Positions 10,551 through 22,920 of a DNA stretch of 64,000 nucleotides are shown here, one piece after another; position 1 is the stretch's first letter; each line of letters starts with the position of its first letter. Made by a program: the position numbers and the translations under genes. The stretch comes from Paecilomyces variotii. Lineage: Eukaryota. The stretch is taken from the NCBI GenBank assembly GCA_004022145.1, contig RCNU01000014.1; one strand, written 5' to 3'. The notes beneath the pieces were generated by a model. That model saw only the letters and a list, made by a program, of their open reading frames with translations, was not told the origin of the DNA and did not search any database.

Positions 10551-13423
10551 TTAAACCGTGGTGTTGAATTTGTCCTCCTCATCGCCCATCTTCTGCCAGG
10601 TTTCCCGTTTGGCCATCTGATCCTCTTGTTCCTGGCCAAGCCGGAGGTTCTCGCGCTTGATGAAATCATCTTCCGTTCTAGCCACGGACTCAGTTGACAT
10701 CGCTACATCGGTAGGCGTTTCTCCCGTCTCTGTCACTGCAGGAGTCTCATCACCCTCGGCAGAAATCTCAGGTGTCGACAAGTCTGCAGCAGCCGTGCGC
10801 TTCTGGGTCGTGTTAACAAGTGGCGTGTCGTCGTTGTAGAGACGCAGAAGCAACGCGCGACGTTCTTCCTTCGGCAGCATTAGGTTGAGGGAGTGTACGG
10901 AACGCCACAGTGGGAAGACCATTCGCTCTCTGCAAAATTTGTCAGAGAAAAGTAGACCTATTCGATTAGAGTAGAATTTTGCATACCTGAATCCATCCTC
11001 TCCCTCGCTAGGTTCCACTCTCAGGACGCAGCAACCCATGCTGATATCACGCACTCTCTCTCCAATCTCTCCTAGCTCCTTCCAGCCATCGCCGTCCACC
11101 TTAGGGAACATCTCGATAAGCAGTCTCCGGAAAGTCTCTTTGTTGGTCAATGTGACTATCCGCTGGGGTCCCACCCAAGAGTCCAGAATCCTCAAACCCT
11201 CTGCCTGGATACGCCACCGGCACACATCCTCTCTTTGTACATCCTGCTTGACGAACATCTTCACTCCACAGTGTACAAATTTGATGCCCCGTCCATCGTT
11301 CTCGGTCAAGATGTCTCGCGCAAGTGAACTGGTATAGTAGATCGTCTTTGCCGGCTGACCCTCAGGATTCCTCACCATGAACCTATCCCGGGGGAACTTA
11401 TCTGAAATCCCGTAGAACTCAAAGATAGTGGAAAGTTCCGGATGCGCAGGGTCGAGATATTTGAACGCCTCTTCGTATGGCTGGCCCGGCTTGCGCTTTT
11501 GCGGAGGCTGCAACTTAACGGGCTTCGACGCGGCTGCCTCAAGATTCTCCGTCTCGACGGACGGCGCTGGAGCATGAACAGGCCTGTCTCCAATAAGAGC
11601 ATCCGTGCCATCTTCAACCTTTGCGCGCTTTGCAGGCAACACTTCATCCAGTTCTTCCGCACCTCTCTTGCCCGGTGAGCTTTGATCAGCCGAAGTAAGA
11701 GTGGCCGAGTATGGGGGCTGATGGGAGCTCTCCGCAACTGTCGCGTTCTTCGCGCGTTCTGCTTGGGCCTCTTCGTTCGGAGCGACTAGGTCATCCAAGG
11801 CATTTATTTTCTCAAACGCCGCGCTGCCGTTCTGGCGTTTGTGATCGAGTTCTTCAACAACAGCAGCAACTGAGGCTTTGGGAATGACTTTGGATGAGTC
11901 TTCAGGCTTGGCCTTGATCTCAGCGGTCTTCTCAAGGACTGTGATGAAGAATCCGCCGGTATCTTGGTGGTGAGGGTAGACACGTATGCACCTCTCCAAT
12001 GGCAGATCCGCATTCTCTCCTGTAGGAGGGAACATGGTCTCAGCGAGCCTTCCAAGTCCATCGATACCCTCCTTTTGTCTGTGGTCCTCTACATCCTTCC
12101 AGGTGTTCCACGGGCGCCCTTCTCTGTCACACACTTTCCAGGACCGCAGACCAGCCGCTCTCTTGAGACCAGGCAGCTCGTTGCTGCAATCGATAATCTT
12201 GACATTTTTGGGGCCTCCACATCTTTCGATAGCACTGGCGACAACGGCCTCATTTTCGATGGGGTTCATACTGCAGGTCGAGTAGACGACTCTTCCTCCG
12301 ACCTTCAACATTTGCAGGGCACGTACAAGGATACGAGCCTGGGTAACATGAAGTCCCATAGCGTTGCCAGGAACCCAGGTACTCCAGAGGTTGGGATTTT
12401 TCCTTGCCGTCCCGTCACCCGAACAGGGCACATCTGCGAGGATGCGATCGAACTTGAGGTATTTGTTCTGAGACTGCTTCGCGTCTGCCGAAGTTGACGC
12501 AGGGAGTTTGATCGAAGGGTACATGGTAGCATCGTGATTGGTGACAATCAAATTGGGCGAGTTAAGTCTCTTCATCTGATGGATCAACATGTGGGCACGC
12601 TTATAATCACTGTCATTTGCGATCAGAAGCCCAGTAGATCGGCCATAGTCCTCAAGGCCTTCCCCGACGCTAGGAATTTCAGTGCCATTTTTGAGACTGT
12701 CGGCGACCTGTTGCATTGATTCCTCCTCCCCTGCATGCAGCATCTCCATAAGCTGGCAAGACTTGCTTCCGGGGGCAGCACACATATCCAAGACCGTCAT
12801 TCCAGGTTTGATGTCAATGAGTAGCGGGGGGATCATGCTAACAACCTCCTGACGACTGATGTTTCCGACTTCAGTTTCAGAAACTAGAAATTTCTGGAAC
12901 TGGGAAAAAGGAGCGAAACGCCGGACGACATTCTTGGGAGTGGTCATGGACCATGCAAGCTGATCTGGGTACCAGGGTACTGGCTGGGGTGGTTCGACAT
13001 GCGTTCCTTCATATTCAATGGAAGTAATGTGCGGGATATAGAAATCCTTGAGGCGCTCCTGAACAGCAAGAGCATGGCTTATAGCAAGAGCAATGTCAGC
13101 AAATGGTCCTCTGCGCCATGTACAGTTCTCTCAATGACGTACCCTCTTGAACCCGTGAAGCGGAAACTATTGGGAAGATCCCTTCTGAGAGCTTCCCAAA
13201 ATGCTTCCTTCTCTTCCTCTGGAATTATACCCAGTTCATTGTAATAGTTCTCGAATTTCTCATTGTGCCTCTCAATATCTCTCCACGAACTCCGTTGGCC
13301 GCCGCCGCCGCGGCCGCCACCTCTTCCGGACTGCAGGCGTAAGAAGTCTAGTTAGCACAAGAAAATAGGACAGTAATATCAAAACTGGCTTTCTCTCACC
13401 CTCTTGCCTCCGCGCTTACCCAT
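10551..13423 (-). CDS. NCL1: tRNA cytosine-C5 methyltransferase (NCL1/Trm4/NSUN2 family)
   Basis: Motifs VLDMCAAPGSK, DVPCSGDG, VYSTCS and DTGGFF. ATG at 13423 (MGKRGGKR) is followed by two 5' introns. An in-frame intron at 10930-10986 lies inside the called ORF. Confidence 0.95.
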
Positions 13424-14189
13424 TGCGATATATGATATTGGTTTTTTCGCGCGAGGTTCTGAGCTACGTCTCTGTCGCATGCGCCGATAGTTTTTTGGAG
13501 CTTGAGGGGCCTTTCGGATAAACATCGGCCCGTTGTAGTTATCCATACTGGAGATGACTAACCATATTTATACTCCTTGATGCATAAGTAACATACGCAT
13601 AGGTACTCATCGAAAATAGAGAATACTTCATTAATCCAACTCATACATGCCGTGACAAAAGGGAATGTCTGTATTATGATTAACTATATTTATAGTTTAC
13701 TAACTAGCCAGTCATCCATACTCAGTCCATGCCCTGATTAATAAAGACGATGGATCGCTCCATTCTCTGGTCTATGATCTATACAAAAGAAAGAAGAAGA
13801 GAAACAGGAAGAAGCAGAATGATACTCTCTATATTAGAACGCACAAAGACTATATTTTAGTATCGGTCGAGTGGCGCAGATCTAATACAGCCACAGAGTT
13901 GTAATGGAACATAGAAAACTACCATCTCGAGTCTGTCGGGTGAGACTTTCTAGACCAAGGCGTTTCTAATAAAGTATAGGCTTATAGGTTAGGTCAGAAT
14001 AATGAGGATAACTTATCTTTGGGCTTCCATATGCAAGAATTCCCGTAGAAGATATCCTGCACCTTGGAGATCTGGCTATAATAGGACAACACGGCAGTAT
14101 CAATGGACACGGTGGAAACTCACAGAATGAGGCTCCCGTGCTATATATGCCAGAATGCTGAAGAACGAGGCCTTCTGATCTGAGGTCGA

Positions 14190-14607
14190 CTATTGTGTAT
14201 ACCTTTGCTATATTCTAACGATCTGCATTATTCGATCTTGGGCCTCAAAAACATGCTTGAGCTTCGCGACACTGCTATCCACACTCCGGGACATGTCACA
14301 GTATTGCCTCTTCTTGCCCCGAAGTTTGACGATTTACCGCCAACATTTCTCCAACTATGCGGTCTGGATCCATTGAGGGGTAAGGACCTTGCCTCTGCCC
14401 ATGCACTGGAAAGTGCTGGGTATGCAATTCTCCGAAATTATTCTTGCGTTTCCTTGGCGGATAATCTCAACAACAGGGTTCCTGCGAAAGTGAACATCTA
14501 CCGGAACTCCCACACGCTTTTTGGACTTTTCCCAAGATTTTAAACGGCATTAAGTATCTGGGAAAGATCTGTTTGATGGCGTCAAACGGTTGGTAGATCA
14601 GCTTTAG
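14190..14607 (+). pseudogene. Remnant 3' part of an HSL-family esterase/lipase
   Basis: Reads LPPTFLQLCGLDPLRG, then an intron, then VPAKVNIY, then a frameshift, then ELPHAFWTFP and DLFDGVKRLVDQL*. No intact 5' part with HGG or GxSxG is detectable. Confidence 0.7.
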
Positions 14608-14651
14608 ATAAGCTACTGTGAACATGACTAGAGATAAAATATGCCCCTCTC

Positions 14652-16061
14652 CTATCCAATAAATGTGCCAAACTTGGAAAACTGCTCGTCCATCTTCAGT
14701 CGTTCCATGTCTTCACCTCTGAGACAGACTCCTACTGCGAGCTCTCCATCTAGTGACTTCGGCAAGAAATAGACTAATCCTTCTCTTGCACCCTCCTTAA
14801 ACCGAGGTCGACGCACAGCAACGGGCTTTCCGAATCCGAAGTCTAGACTGCTGCAATTCTCTTTCGCCCAAGAACTGATCCTTACATCCAGCTCCGAGAT
14901 GCCCTTTGGGACGAAGCTTGCCATTTTGGAGTTCTTGTCTTTACTGATTATTGTTGCTAGCTTGCAGGTTTTATGCTTCAATGCCGCAGGATTGAGAGCG
15001 GAGCGAAGATGTGTCGCGAGAGTCCCTAATGACTCCTCCACCAAAACATCAATTGCGGCCGTATGAACTGTTGCAGCTGTGACGAGCCCAGGATAAGATT
15101 CCGGAATGGAAAGATGACGACGGACGTCGACATTACGCGAGAGTGTCGAGTTATATTTGATGGTGCCAGTGCTAATAATGTGTGGGAGACGTGCTCGAGT
15201 AATAGACTGCCAAACAAATGCCGTGAGGGCATCATCCGTCGAAACGAAACCACCTAGAGGTGTAGTCGTCAGAGCGATGGATTTGAGAGTGGCTAAAGAA
15301 GTGGCAGGAAAGAGAAAGTATGCCCAGATACAGTCATTCCCTGATTGCTGGTGAGTTTTCGTTGTCGCCTTTTCAGTTCTTTCTTTTTTACCAGTAGATT
15401 CCGTTGATATCGGACAGTCCGGTCCAAGGTCCGATTCATTCAATAGAGGGATGACATACTTCCTGTCCATATTCCCAATATTGAGTTCCGAGTTCGTAAA
15501 AGGTTCATTCCGACAGGCTTTCGCATAGAGGTACATAACCTGAGCCTGGCCCCTCATATCCATCGAGCCATGCTGAGCACTGAAAGTGAGCAGGAGACCC
15601 CCATTGGCCAAATTAGCCTGGACAAGAAAAACAGGTGCTGGATGTTCAGAGACGGATCCCTCTGCGAGTGTCTTCTGTGGCGCAATCCACAATTCATCGA
15701 GCATGCTGAACGGAAATTTAGCACGTTCGAGTGTGGCCCAGTCTGGAATAGTATGGGGATTTCCATAGTCGAGAAATCGGTAGTCTGCCATGATTAAAAA
15801 TGGTGGTTTATGGAATGGCCTAATCTTGAAGTTGCCATCCTCATCCTCCACGACCTTTCCCGCTACCCAGGGAAAGCTCGCAGATAGCCGTTCAAGACCT
15901 TTAGTTAAAGTTTTCACGATGGCTTTCATCGAGGAATCCGAATCGTCCGGAAGAGGAAAACAAAGCACGAGCTGAGTATAAAGTCTGTTAATCTTGGCTT
16001 GTTGCCCAAGAATATCCAGATAAAAATCATCCCGGTCTGATATACTCTGTGACGCCTCCAT
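14652..16061 (-). CDS. BAHD-family acyltransferase, trichothecene 3-O-acetyltransferase (TRI101/AYT1)-like
   Basis: Intronless 469-aa ORF with N-terminal LDILGQQ..YTQ, catalytic HGSMD (HxxxD), STDDALTAFVW and DFGFGKPVAVRRP. Confidence 0.88.
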   Translation of the reverse strand: MEASQSISDRDDFYLDILGQQAKINRLYTQLVLCFPLPDDSDSSMKAIVKTLTKGLERLSASFPWVAGKVVEDEDGNFKIRPFHKPPFLIMADYRFLDYGNPHTIPDWATLERAKFPFSMLDELWIAPQKTLAEGSVSEHPAPVFLVQANLANGGLLLTFSAQHGSMDMRGQAQVMYLYAKACRNEPFTNSELNIGNMDRKYVIPLLNESDLGPDCPISTESTGKKERTEKATTKTHQQSGNDCIWAYFLFPATSLATLKSIALTTTPLGGFVSTDDALTAFVWQSITRARLPHIISTGTIKYNSTLSRNVDVRRHLSIPESYPGLVTAATVHTAAIDVLVEESLGTLATHLRSALNPAALKHKTCKLATIISKDKNSKMASFVPKGISELDVRISSWAKENCSSLDFGFGKPVAVRRPRFKEGAREGLVYFLPKSLDGELAVGVCLRGEDMERLKMDEQFSKFGTFIG

Positions 16062-17949
16062 GATGAGTGCAGATGATTTGATGAACTGTTGAAGTTGGTG
16101 GGTTCGTTTGCCGAGAGGAGATGAAGTGCTTCAATTTAAGTATGTTGTGCCATTTCCCGGTACCGGCATGAGCGGCATGATCCTGGACACAGTGTGAATT
16201 AGTTAGTTACTTAGCGTAGTTTATTAAGCCGCCGGTATACCTAGGTAGTTATTGCGCTTATCCGAGGGGGAATGGTGACACTTGTAGAACGTTAAATAGT
16301 ACCTTTATGTTGCCCTCCGGTTAATTGGTATCAAGACACTATTTTTCAACGATCTGATGGCTTTCTGCCAGTCGACAAAAAGGAAATTCCTAGTTGGTCT
16401 GCCTGGATCTCAAACATGATCTATTTTCAGTGAGAGTCGCATTATACTCGATCATGTTATCGTGAAAATCAAAGCAGAATTTCGGTTGCCTTCACATCGA
16501 TTTTTCAAAGTGTATCGATCGATCGATCGATTGATTGATATTTATTATATTTATTAACATCCGCGAGGCACAGGCTTCTCCTGTGACTCTGGTGACCTTG
16601 CGTGGGGTTCACAGACGTGGGAATTATATACATAAAGTGCAACCTTGGAGAGCAATTCTTTCCCGAACGCTATAACTTATGGCGTATTAGCCAATAATTT
16701 AAGCTCTGCCCCGACATGTAGACTGAGCTTAAACAGTGATGAGAGCCTCGTAGGCTACATAAGAGAAGGAAAGGTCTCAAGGGGCTATGTGACTTAATAT
16801 CAATATCAAATTTGGCAGATGATTTCGAGCCGGTGACGAGATTCAAGCCATAACCTCTACTATTTTCAAAAGTAGCTCCCTAATGACTTTTGTCCCTACT
16901 AACGGAGTGCCTGGTGGTGCTTCTCAAAGTGGATACCCTGATGTGAACATTGTATGTATGATTTTGTCAGTAGCAAATCAGTCTTTAAACGGTTTACATC
17001 TCCAATAAAGACTGTAATTAGCCCAGTTATTCAGTTATTAGACATGAGAGAGATATACTAAATCCAGTTGGATATTATATATATATATAGACGCAGGAAC
17101 ATATAATGATTTTGTTGGAGGGGATCTATTCCTTTTTCTGATCTGCTGGGCGCCTTAACCCGGCCGTGTCCAGCCTCATCCTATAAGCTGTTGAGACGAT
17201 CATTACCAAGGCAGCCATCTTCTCGTCCTAGTCAGATAAGGCCCTGCAAAATGAACAAGTTGTGCTAAGCAACCAAGGAGAGCGATGTTATGGACCCAGG
17301 AATGACCTTGATTGGCTTTTGGACTCAGTTCCATTTCAATACAAGGAGGGGCTCTCGCTGGATCGCGTGGGGTAGAGGAGCTAAGTAGTATTTAGCTGGT
17401 GCAAACTACCTAGTAGGAAGTCTTCAGTTATATTCCTGGCCAGTTCCTGCGCAAAAGAATAGCTGCCAGTAGTAACTTAGCCAAAATCCTGCGTAACTAC
17501 AGACTCATCAGAGCGAATGAACCTATCGAGAATTCCCAAGATAAACTCGAGTATAGTCTTACCCTCGCAGTCATCGGCATAAGTATATGGGTTATGACGC
17601 ATTGTTGTCCTATCCTTTCAGTTATTCTAAGCAAGAATTGATAATTCTTTACGTAGGTTAGAAATTCATCCGCCCTACGGTGCCTATTAATGAACATACC
17701 GGCAGGATTCAGCAAGCCCACGCCAAAAATAAAGGGCTAATTATACAGAAGAGCGAGTTATATTACTTCTCGACATTGGAAGACTTAGGAGATTACAAGG
17801 ACTGATAATATGGAACCAACGACACCTGAGGCAGAAAATTACGCTAATACATATTTGGACGCGTAACTAGTCACTTGATATTAGGTCACCACAACGTTGC
17901 CTCGTTACAATCTTTCTCTGCACAAAGCAAATTTCGATGAAATCTGAAA

Positions 17950-19069
17950 ATGGATCATAAATCTCTCACCAAAAAACTTTCAAATCTGACTCTATCAATT
18001 CGCAGGAGGCGCCAACAGAGACCCGCAATCACTATCCCAAAAGATGATCACGAAAATGTCCGAAAAAGAGTTCTAGAGGGCCTTACTGGCATATACAGAA
18101 CCCTTAAAGAAAGTGATGATGTTTATGTCACCGTGAAAAGCTCGAATGGTTTCCTGATTCAATATGAAGATCTGATACTTGAAGAAGTTGATGGCCCCCT
18201 GACAACTTCTATACCACGTTTTTTCCAGCCATGCTCCTCGCAATTTCTAAAAGAACATCCAATTAGCCCAGAATCTACTGAAGCTATGGAGGAAACGCAG
18301 TCTTATGAGAGGCTTTGGTTATCTGTGCATGAGCTTCGGGATTATCCATTAAAGGGCGCGAGGTTTCTCTGCTCCTGGTTGGCGTTAAATTTCTCTGAGC
18401 ATTGGCGAGTGAATGGTAAAGAGAAGGCTAGCCTCGAGATGGATTTCACAAAGTGGACTCCGACGTGAGATGACCTATTCTACTAATAAATTGCTATGTG
18501 ATAATCGCTAATAAGTGTTACTTGCCATTCAGCGGATTCGGAGAACTAGTCGACAAAGAATTCCATCATACTGTGTATTCCTCGCAAGAGAGGAATACTA
18601 TGAAGGCATGGTATATTCTGGAGGGCTATCCGCACATGATGTTTACCATCGCGCATTCCTTCAAAGGTAGAGAGGAATATTTATTGCGCGGGGAATTGCT
18701 CGCAATCACTGCGGCAATGATTACGCGACTTAGATCCGGTTATCTTCCTGAGCACACTATCATCCCGGTAGGTAACTTGATATCCTCACTCTCCCTCCAA
18801 CCTTTCATGTGTGTCCTTTTCCCCATTACCTATGCCTATTATCTCTAAAGCTTACAGTTGGGTCCGCTGTCCAGGTAATGCTATTTTCTTTTATGGGAGG
18901 GACACAAGGCAGGATTCTGCAAGCCTACACCAATAATGAAGGTCTAGTTATACAGAAGAGCAAGCTCTATGACTTTTCGACATTGGAAAACTTTAGGGAA
19001 TTTATAAATCTCTTCTTGCGCTACCTAACAAGTAATGCGGTCGGCGATACTCAGCAAACGGGTAGATAG
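17950..19069 (+). CDS. Hypothetical protein, about 314 aa, 3 exons
   Basis: Exons 17950-18464, 18533-18767 and 18875-19069 join in frame (945 nt) via GTGAGA..CAG and GTAGGT..CAG introns. The C-terminal region PHMMF..LLRGELLAI..PVMLFSFMG..RILQAY..LVIQKSKLYDF looks globular. Confidence 0.75.
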
Positions 19070-19197
19070 CCAATAATTACAGAAGGCCATATCTAGTTGA
19101 TAGTTAACGAGTTGCTGTCTGTTTATAGAAATAGCAAAATACTCAAATAATTAATAAGGATTCCTCCACATTCCATTAGGCTCGATGATTATTCTAC

Positions 19198-20231
19198 TTA
19201 AGTCTGCGCAAACTCAATAACAATCGAAAGAAGCAAAACCGCAAGCGACCGCATATCATTCGCAACATTAACGTTCCACGCGCCATACCGGTTTATCTTG
19301 ATAAATGCATGCGGCGTCAAAACGCCCTTTTCCTTGTCCAAATATTCCACGTAGTCGTGGTGAAATTGGGCAAACGTAAGGTAGACCTCCGATTCATTTT
19401 GCGATACTAAGAGACGGCTAGATTTTATATCTATTAGCAACGTTTCGAGATACACACGTACTAAGAAGAAACTCACTAATGAAGCTTATTCAATGTCGCT
19501 GGGCGTGCTGGAGGATCGGCTGTGATCCATCCTACTATTTCAGCGACCTCTTGCATCAAGGGAGTCGAATAATCAGTGCGAGGTCCTCCTTTCACCTCAA
19601 CAATCGCACTGGTTGTCTTTCCTGAATTGGTGCGAAGTTGTCCATCCGTCAAAGCTGTATAGTTCCCTTTGCCAAAGGTCGCCACGAACTGTGCTGGTTC
19701 GAGGAACCATTCGGCATCCACACCTGATGCCAGATGTGAGATGGCTTGTAGCAGGACGATGCAGGCGGAGTTAACAGTGATCTCATGGGGGTATGAACCT
19801 TCAGTAGGGCTACACATTGCCTGTTCTTGAAGCTCCCTAACAACCTTAAAGGACCCAGGCCAGTCAATGTCCATTTCTGTGAGGGATTTGATTGGGGTCC
19901 TCTTTTCAATGGCTTGTATGTATTTGTGAAGTTCGAAAGAAACATTTGTTAGGTCAATTGCTGCTCTCAATGAGCCTTCTGAGACATATCGATGGAGGTG
20001 CTCGGGTAACTTCGCGCTGTCTATAGTGTCCGGGCATACAGCCCGGAACATAGCAAACTGTTTTTGAGTCACTTTTGATCCAGACTTCAGATAAGCAGGC
20101 GGAAGGTCGTGGATGGTCGTGCCACTGAGGCCTGCTCTCTGAATCAATAGTTCCAGATTTATCAGATTAGTCGGAATAAAGAACCCATTGATCTTGTGAG
20201 GTGCAGATGAACTTCCTGGACTTGTTGCCAT
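19198..20231 (-). CDS. Hypothetical protein, about 324 aa, with a PD-(D/E)xK nuclease-like signature, 2 exons
   Basis: Intron 19418-19476 (GTGAGT..GCTAA..TAG) joins the two ORFs in frame (975 nt). Motifs in order: HEITVN, TDG, IVEVK, MQEVAE. Confidence 0.75.
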
Positions 20232-20399
20232 TCTGATATGCTCGAGGGACAGAGGTATATTCGAGGTCAGATATTGTCCTAAACGAGGATACTAGTTGTT
20301 TTCCTTCGCGTTGTTTTCGCAAGAATGAGAATTTTAACGCCGATGCGTTCTGTGTTACTCGATTATTCGCCCTTCTTTACGACCTACCTGTGCATTGTA

Positions 20400-22700
20400 A
20401 AGCTCTATTTCCGCTATATATTGAGGAATATACCTTAGAATCATTGATAAACATATTCCTTAACAATAGTAGCTCATTATAAATAAAGTAGTATAAAACG
20501 AATCACTAAAGCTCCAAGACGTTCGTAAATCCAAACGCTACGCCTCTTAAGGAGCAACTTTTCTTGACCACCTGCAGTCTTAAGTATATAAAAAAGCAAG
20601 CAGTTATATCTTTTCGTTTGAGTATATAAAGGCTTAGAGGATAACTGCTAGTTGTATGCTTATAAGGCAGCGGTAAGCCGTTGTCGATAAAAATTATCAG
20701 AGATCTGGCAGTTCTTATATATTTCTAATATATAAGTATATTGTCACTAGTAAATATATTAATATACTTAAGCTATAGCAAACAGTTCTTAAGAATCTAT
20801 TTTGTCCATATAGTATTATTGAGACCCAGGTACTTATTAGCTATATTGAATATATCCTATAATTTGTTTTATATTTACTTCTATTAAGGACAGATAGATA
20901 ATAGTATATTATTTACTTCCACCGTACTAGGAGAGCTAAGAAGAAAAATATATAAAATATAAATTTAAAACTTATAGGTATCTAGTATTAGAAACCCTTT
21001 AAATATCCTTACTCTACATATGCAAAAGATATATGGCGTTGATTTTACTTATCGAATGCTGAACTTTGTGCACTTATCTTTGTTAACAATAATAAAGTCT
21101 ACAAGAATATCGCAGAACAGTGAAAAGAGTGCTATTAATATCTTCAATGTAAGGATAAGTAATAAGAAGAGATTTACAGAGAAAGGTAAAGCATACTGAA
21201 GCCACTTGTAAAAGGAACATAAACAGGGAGTAACCAAGGCTAAACAGATCGTCATGGCGCCTTAGATGCTTTGAATACCTCAAGTCAGATCGTGGATTGT
21301 GAATCCACTAATATGCAAGTTATAAACCTCTAGGAATAAACTGTGTACCTGTAGATTGAGCCATTTGGCAAGATCGAATCTAAAAAGTAATATAAGAATG
21401 AGTTTGATCAAAGTATTTCAGGGATCATAGGGATTATTATAACCTACCTCCAACCATATTGCACAGCCCTTCCCGATTTGACTGATCTCAGGTTCCTTTT
21501 TGAGCACCTTGCCGTTTTTTAACCAGATATACTAGCCTGCGTCTACCCCTATTAACCCCACTCTCGTACAAAGACGACACTCGGAATTGGCACGGAACTA
21601 GGAGATCCGTAGACAATGACAGCATCTGTACATTCGGATTCATGTAAGGAAATTTTCCTTCTGGCTGGAGAGAGTCTTGTCTTCTAGTAAGCGCCGAAGT
21701 TGTCTCAGTCGGGTCTCCGCATCAATAACCAGTGGTATTGGCATAGCCGGGGCGAGGACTTCGGTAGAACTGTTTATAATTATAGAAGTTCGTGTTGCAG
21801 GATATAAAACCAATATTAAAATATGATAGAAAGCTGTATATATTGAAGAATCTGAAGGTTAATAAAGGTATATAAAGATCTTGGCAGGTATTGGGAGCTG
21901 ACGTAGTTAATGATTTCAATATCGAGCAAACCGTACCTCGCGAAAGACTCAATATCCTTGCAAATCGGCTTGACCAATATATCGAATGCGGGAACGAATC
22001 GAATCTGAGCCTACAGCTATGAAAGAAGCCCAGGAAGCGCAAAGCCAACGGTACCTGGAGTTCAAACTTTATATAGCTAAAACTATCTACGTATAAGTTG
22101 TAGACCTTTACATAGTCGGTTCTACTAAGGATACTCTCTAATTACCTTAGAGATTTATAGGATATTGAAAGGACTTCCTATTGTCGAATATTGAATGGCA
22201 TAGAAGCAGAGTCTAACAGGAACACCTTGAATTGCTTGCTTGAATCTAGGTCTAGGGGGGACCTTGAACCTATATTTAACTCTATGGGCACACAAAGAAT
22301 CTAGGTTCTTATAATCTAGTAATTAACTAACTAGGTAGGTTCTATCCTATAACAAGGATTCAAAGACCTTGCCACAAAACGGATGATTGACAGATCACCT
22401 GGCGTTCGCTTTGTACGCCGACACCTGCCGTTTGTTTCTCTTCTTGTAAAAAGAGTTAAGTAATAGGGTTCCTCGCATTATACAAAAGGCTGTTTAGTAT
22501 AACTATAATTTATAATAGCTATTATCGTAGCGAGGACTTATCCTTTAAATAAAGAGTGAGTGTATATAGCTGTTGTGCTAATTCTATAAGGCTCTCTATA
22601 TAAGGCTCTATATACTATAGAAGCTGCGGATAGCTATTTTTCTTATAGTCAAAATGAATTTTAATTAATAGTTATTACGAGGAGGGAACTAGAGGATCTA
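20400..22700. other. AT-rich, TpA-rich gene-free island (RIP-like decayed DNA) at the left border of the cluster
   Basis: Visibly TA/TAG-dense, stop-rich in all frames, no credible ORF. Confidence 0.6.
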
Positions 22701-22920
22701 AATACACGATTCAAATGACGCGGTAAATAGCCTCCGTGGTCGTCGTTTTCGGCGTCATTTTCTCACATTCTATGTGTAAGTAAACTAGACACCATTTTGT
22801 ACCGTGGCTTCTTGCATCCTACCTTAATCTGCTCCATGGCAATCCACTCAACCTTTCATGCTAGTTGATATATTCAATGTCGTTATTGGTGGAGGCGTAT
22901 GTTATGAACTATGAAAGTGC

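Noticed and set aside
17380-17725. Protein-like minus-strand fragments (HNPYTYADDCEGKTILEF...)
   Set aside because: Interrupted by stops and not assignable to any family by eye.
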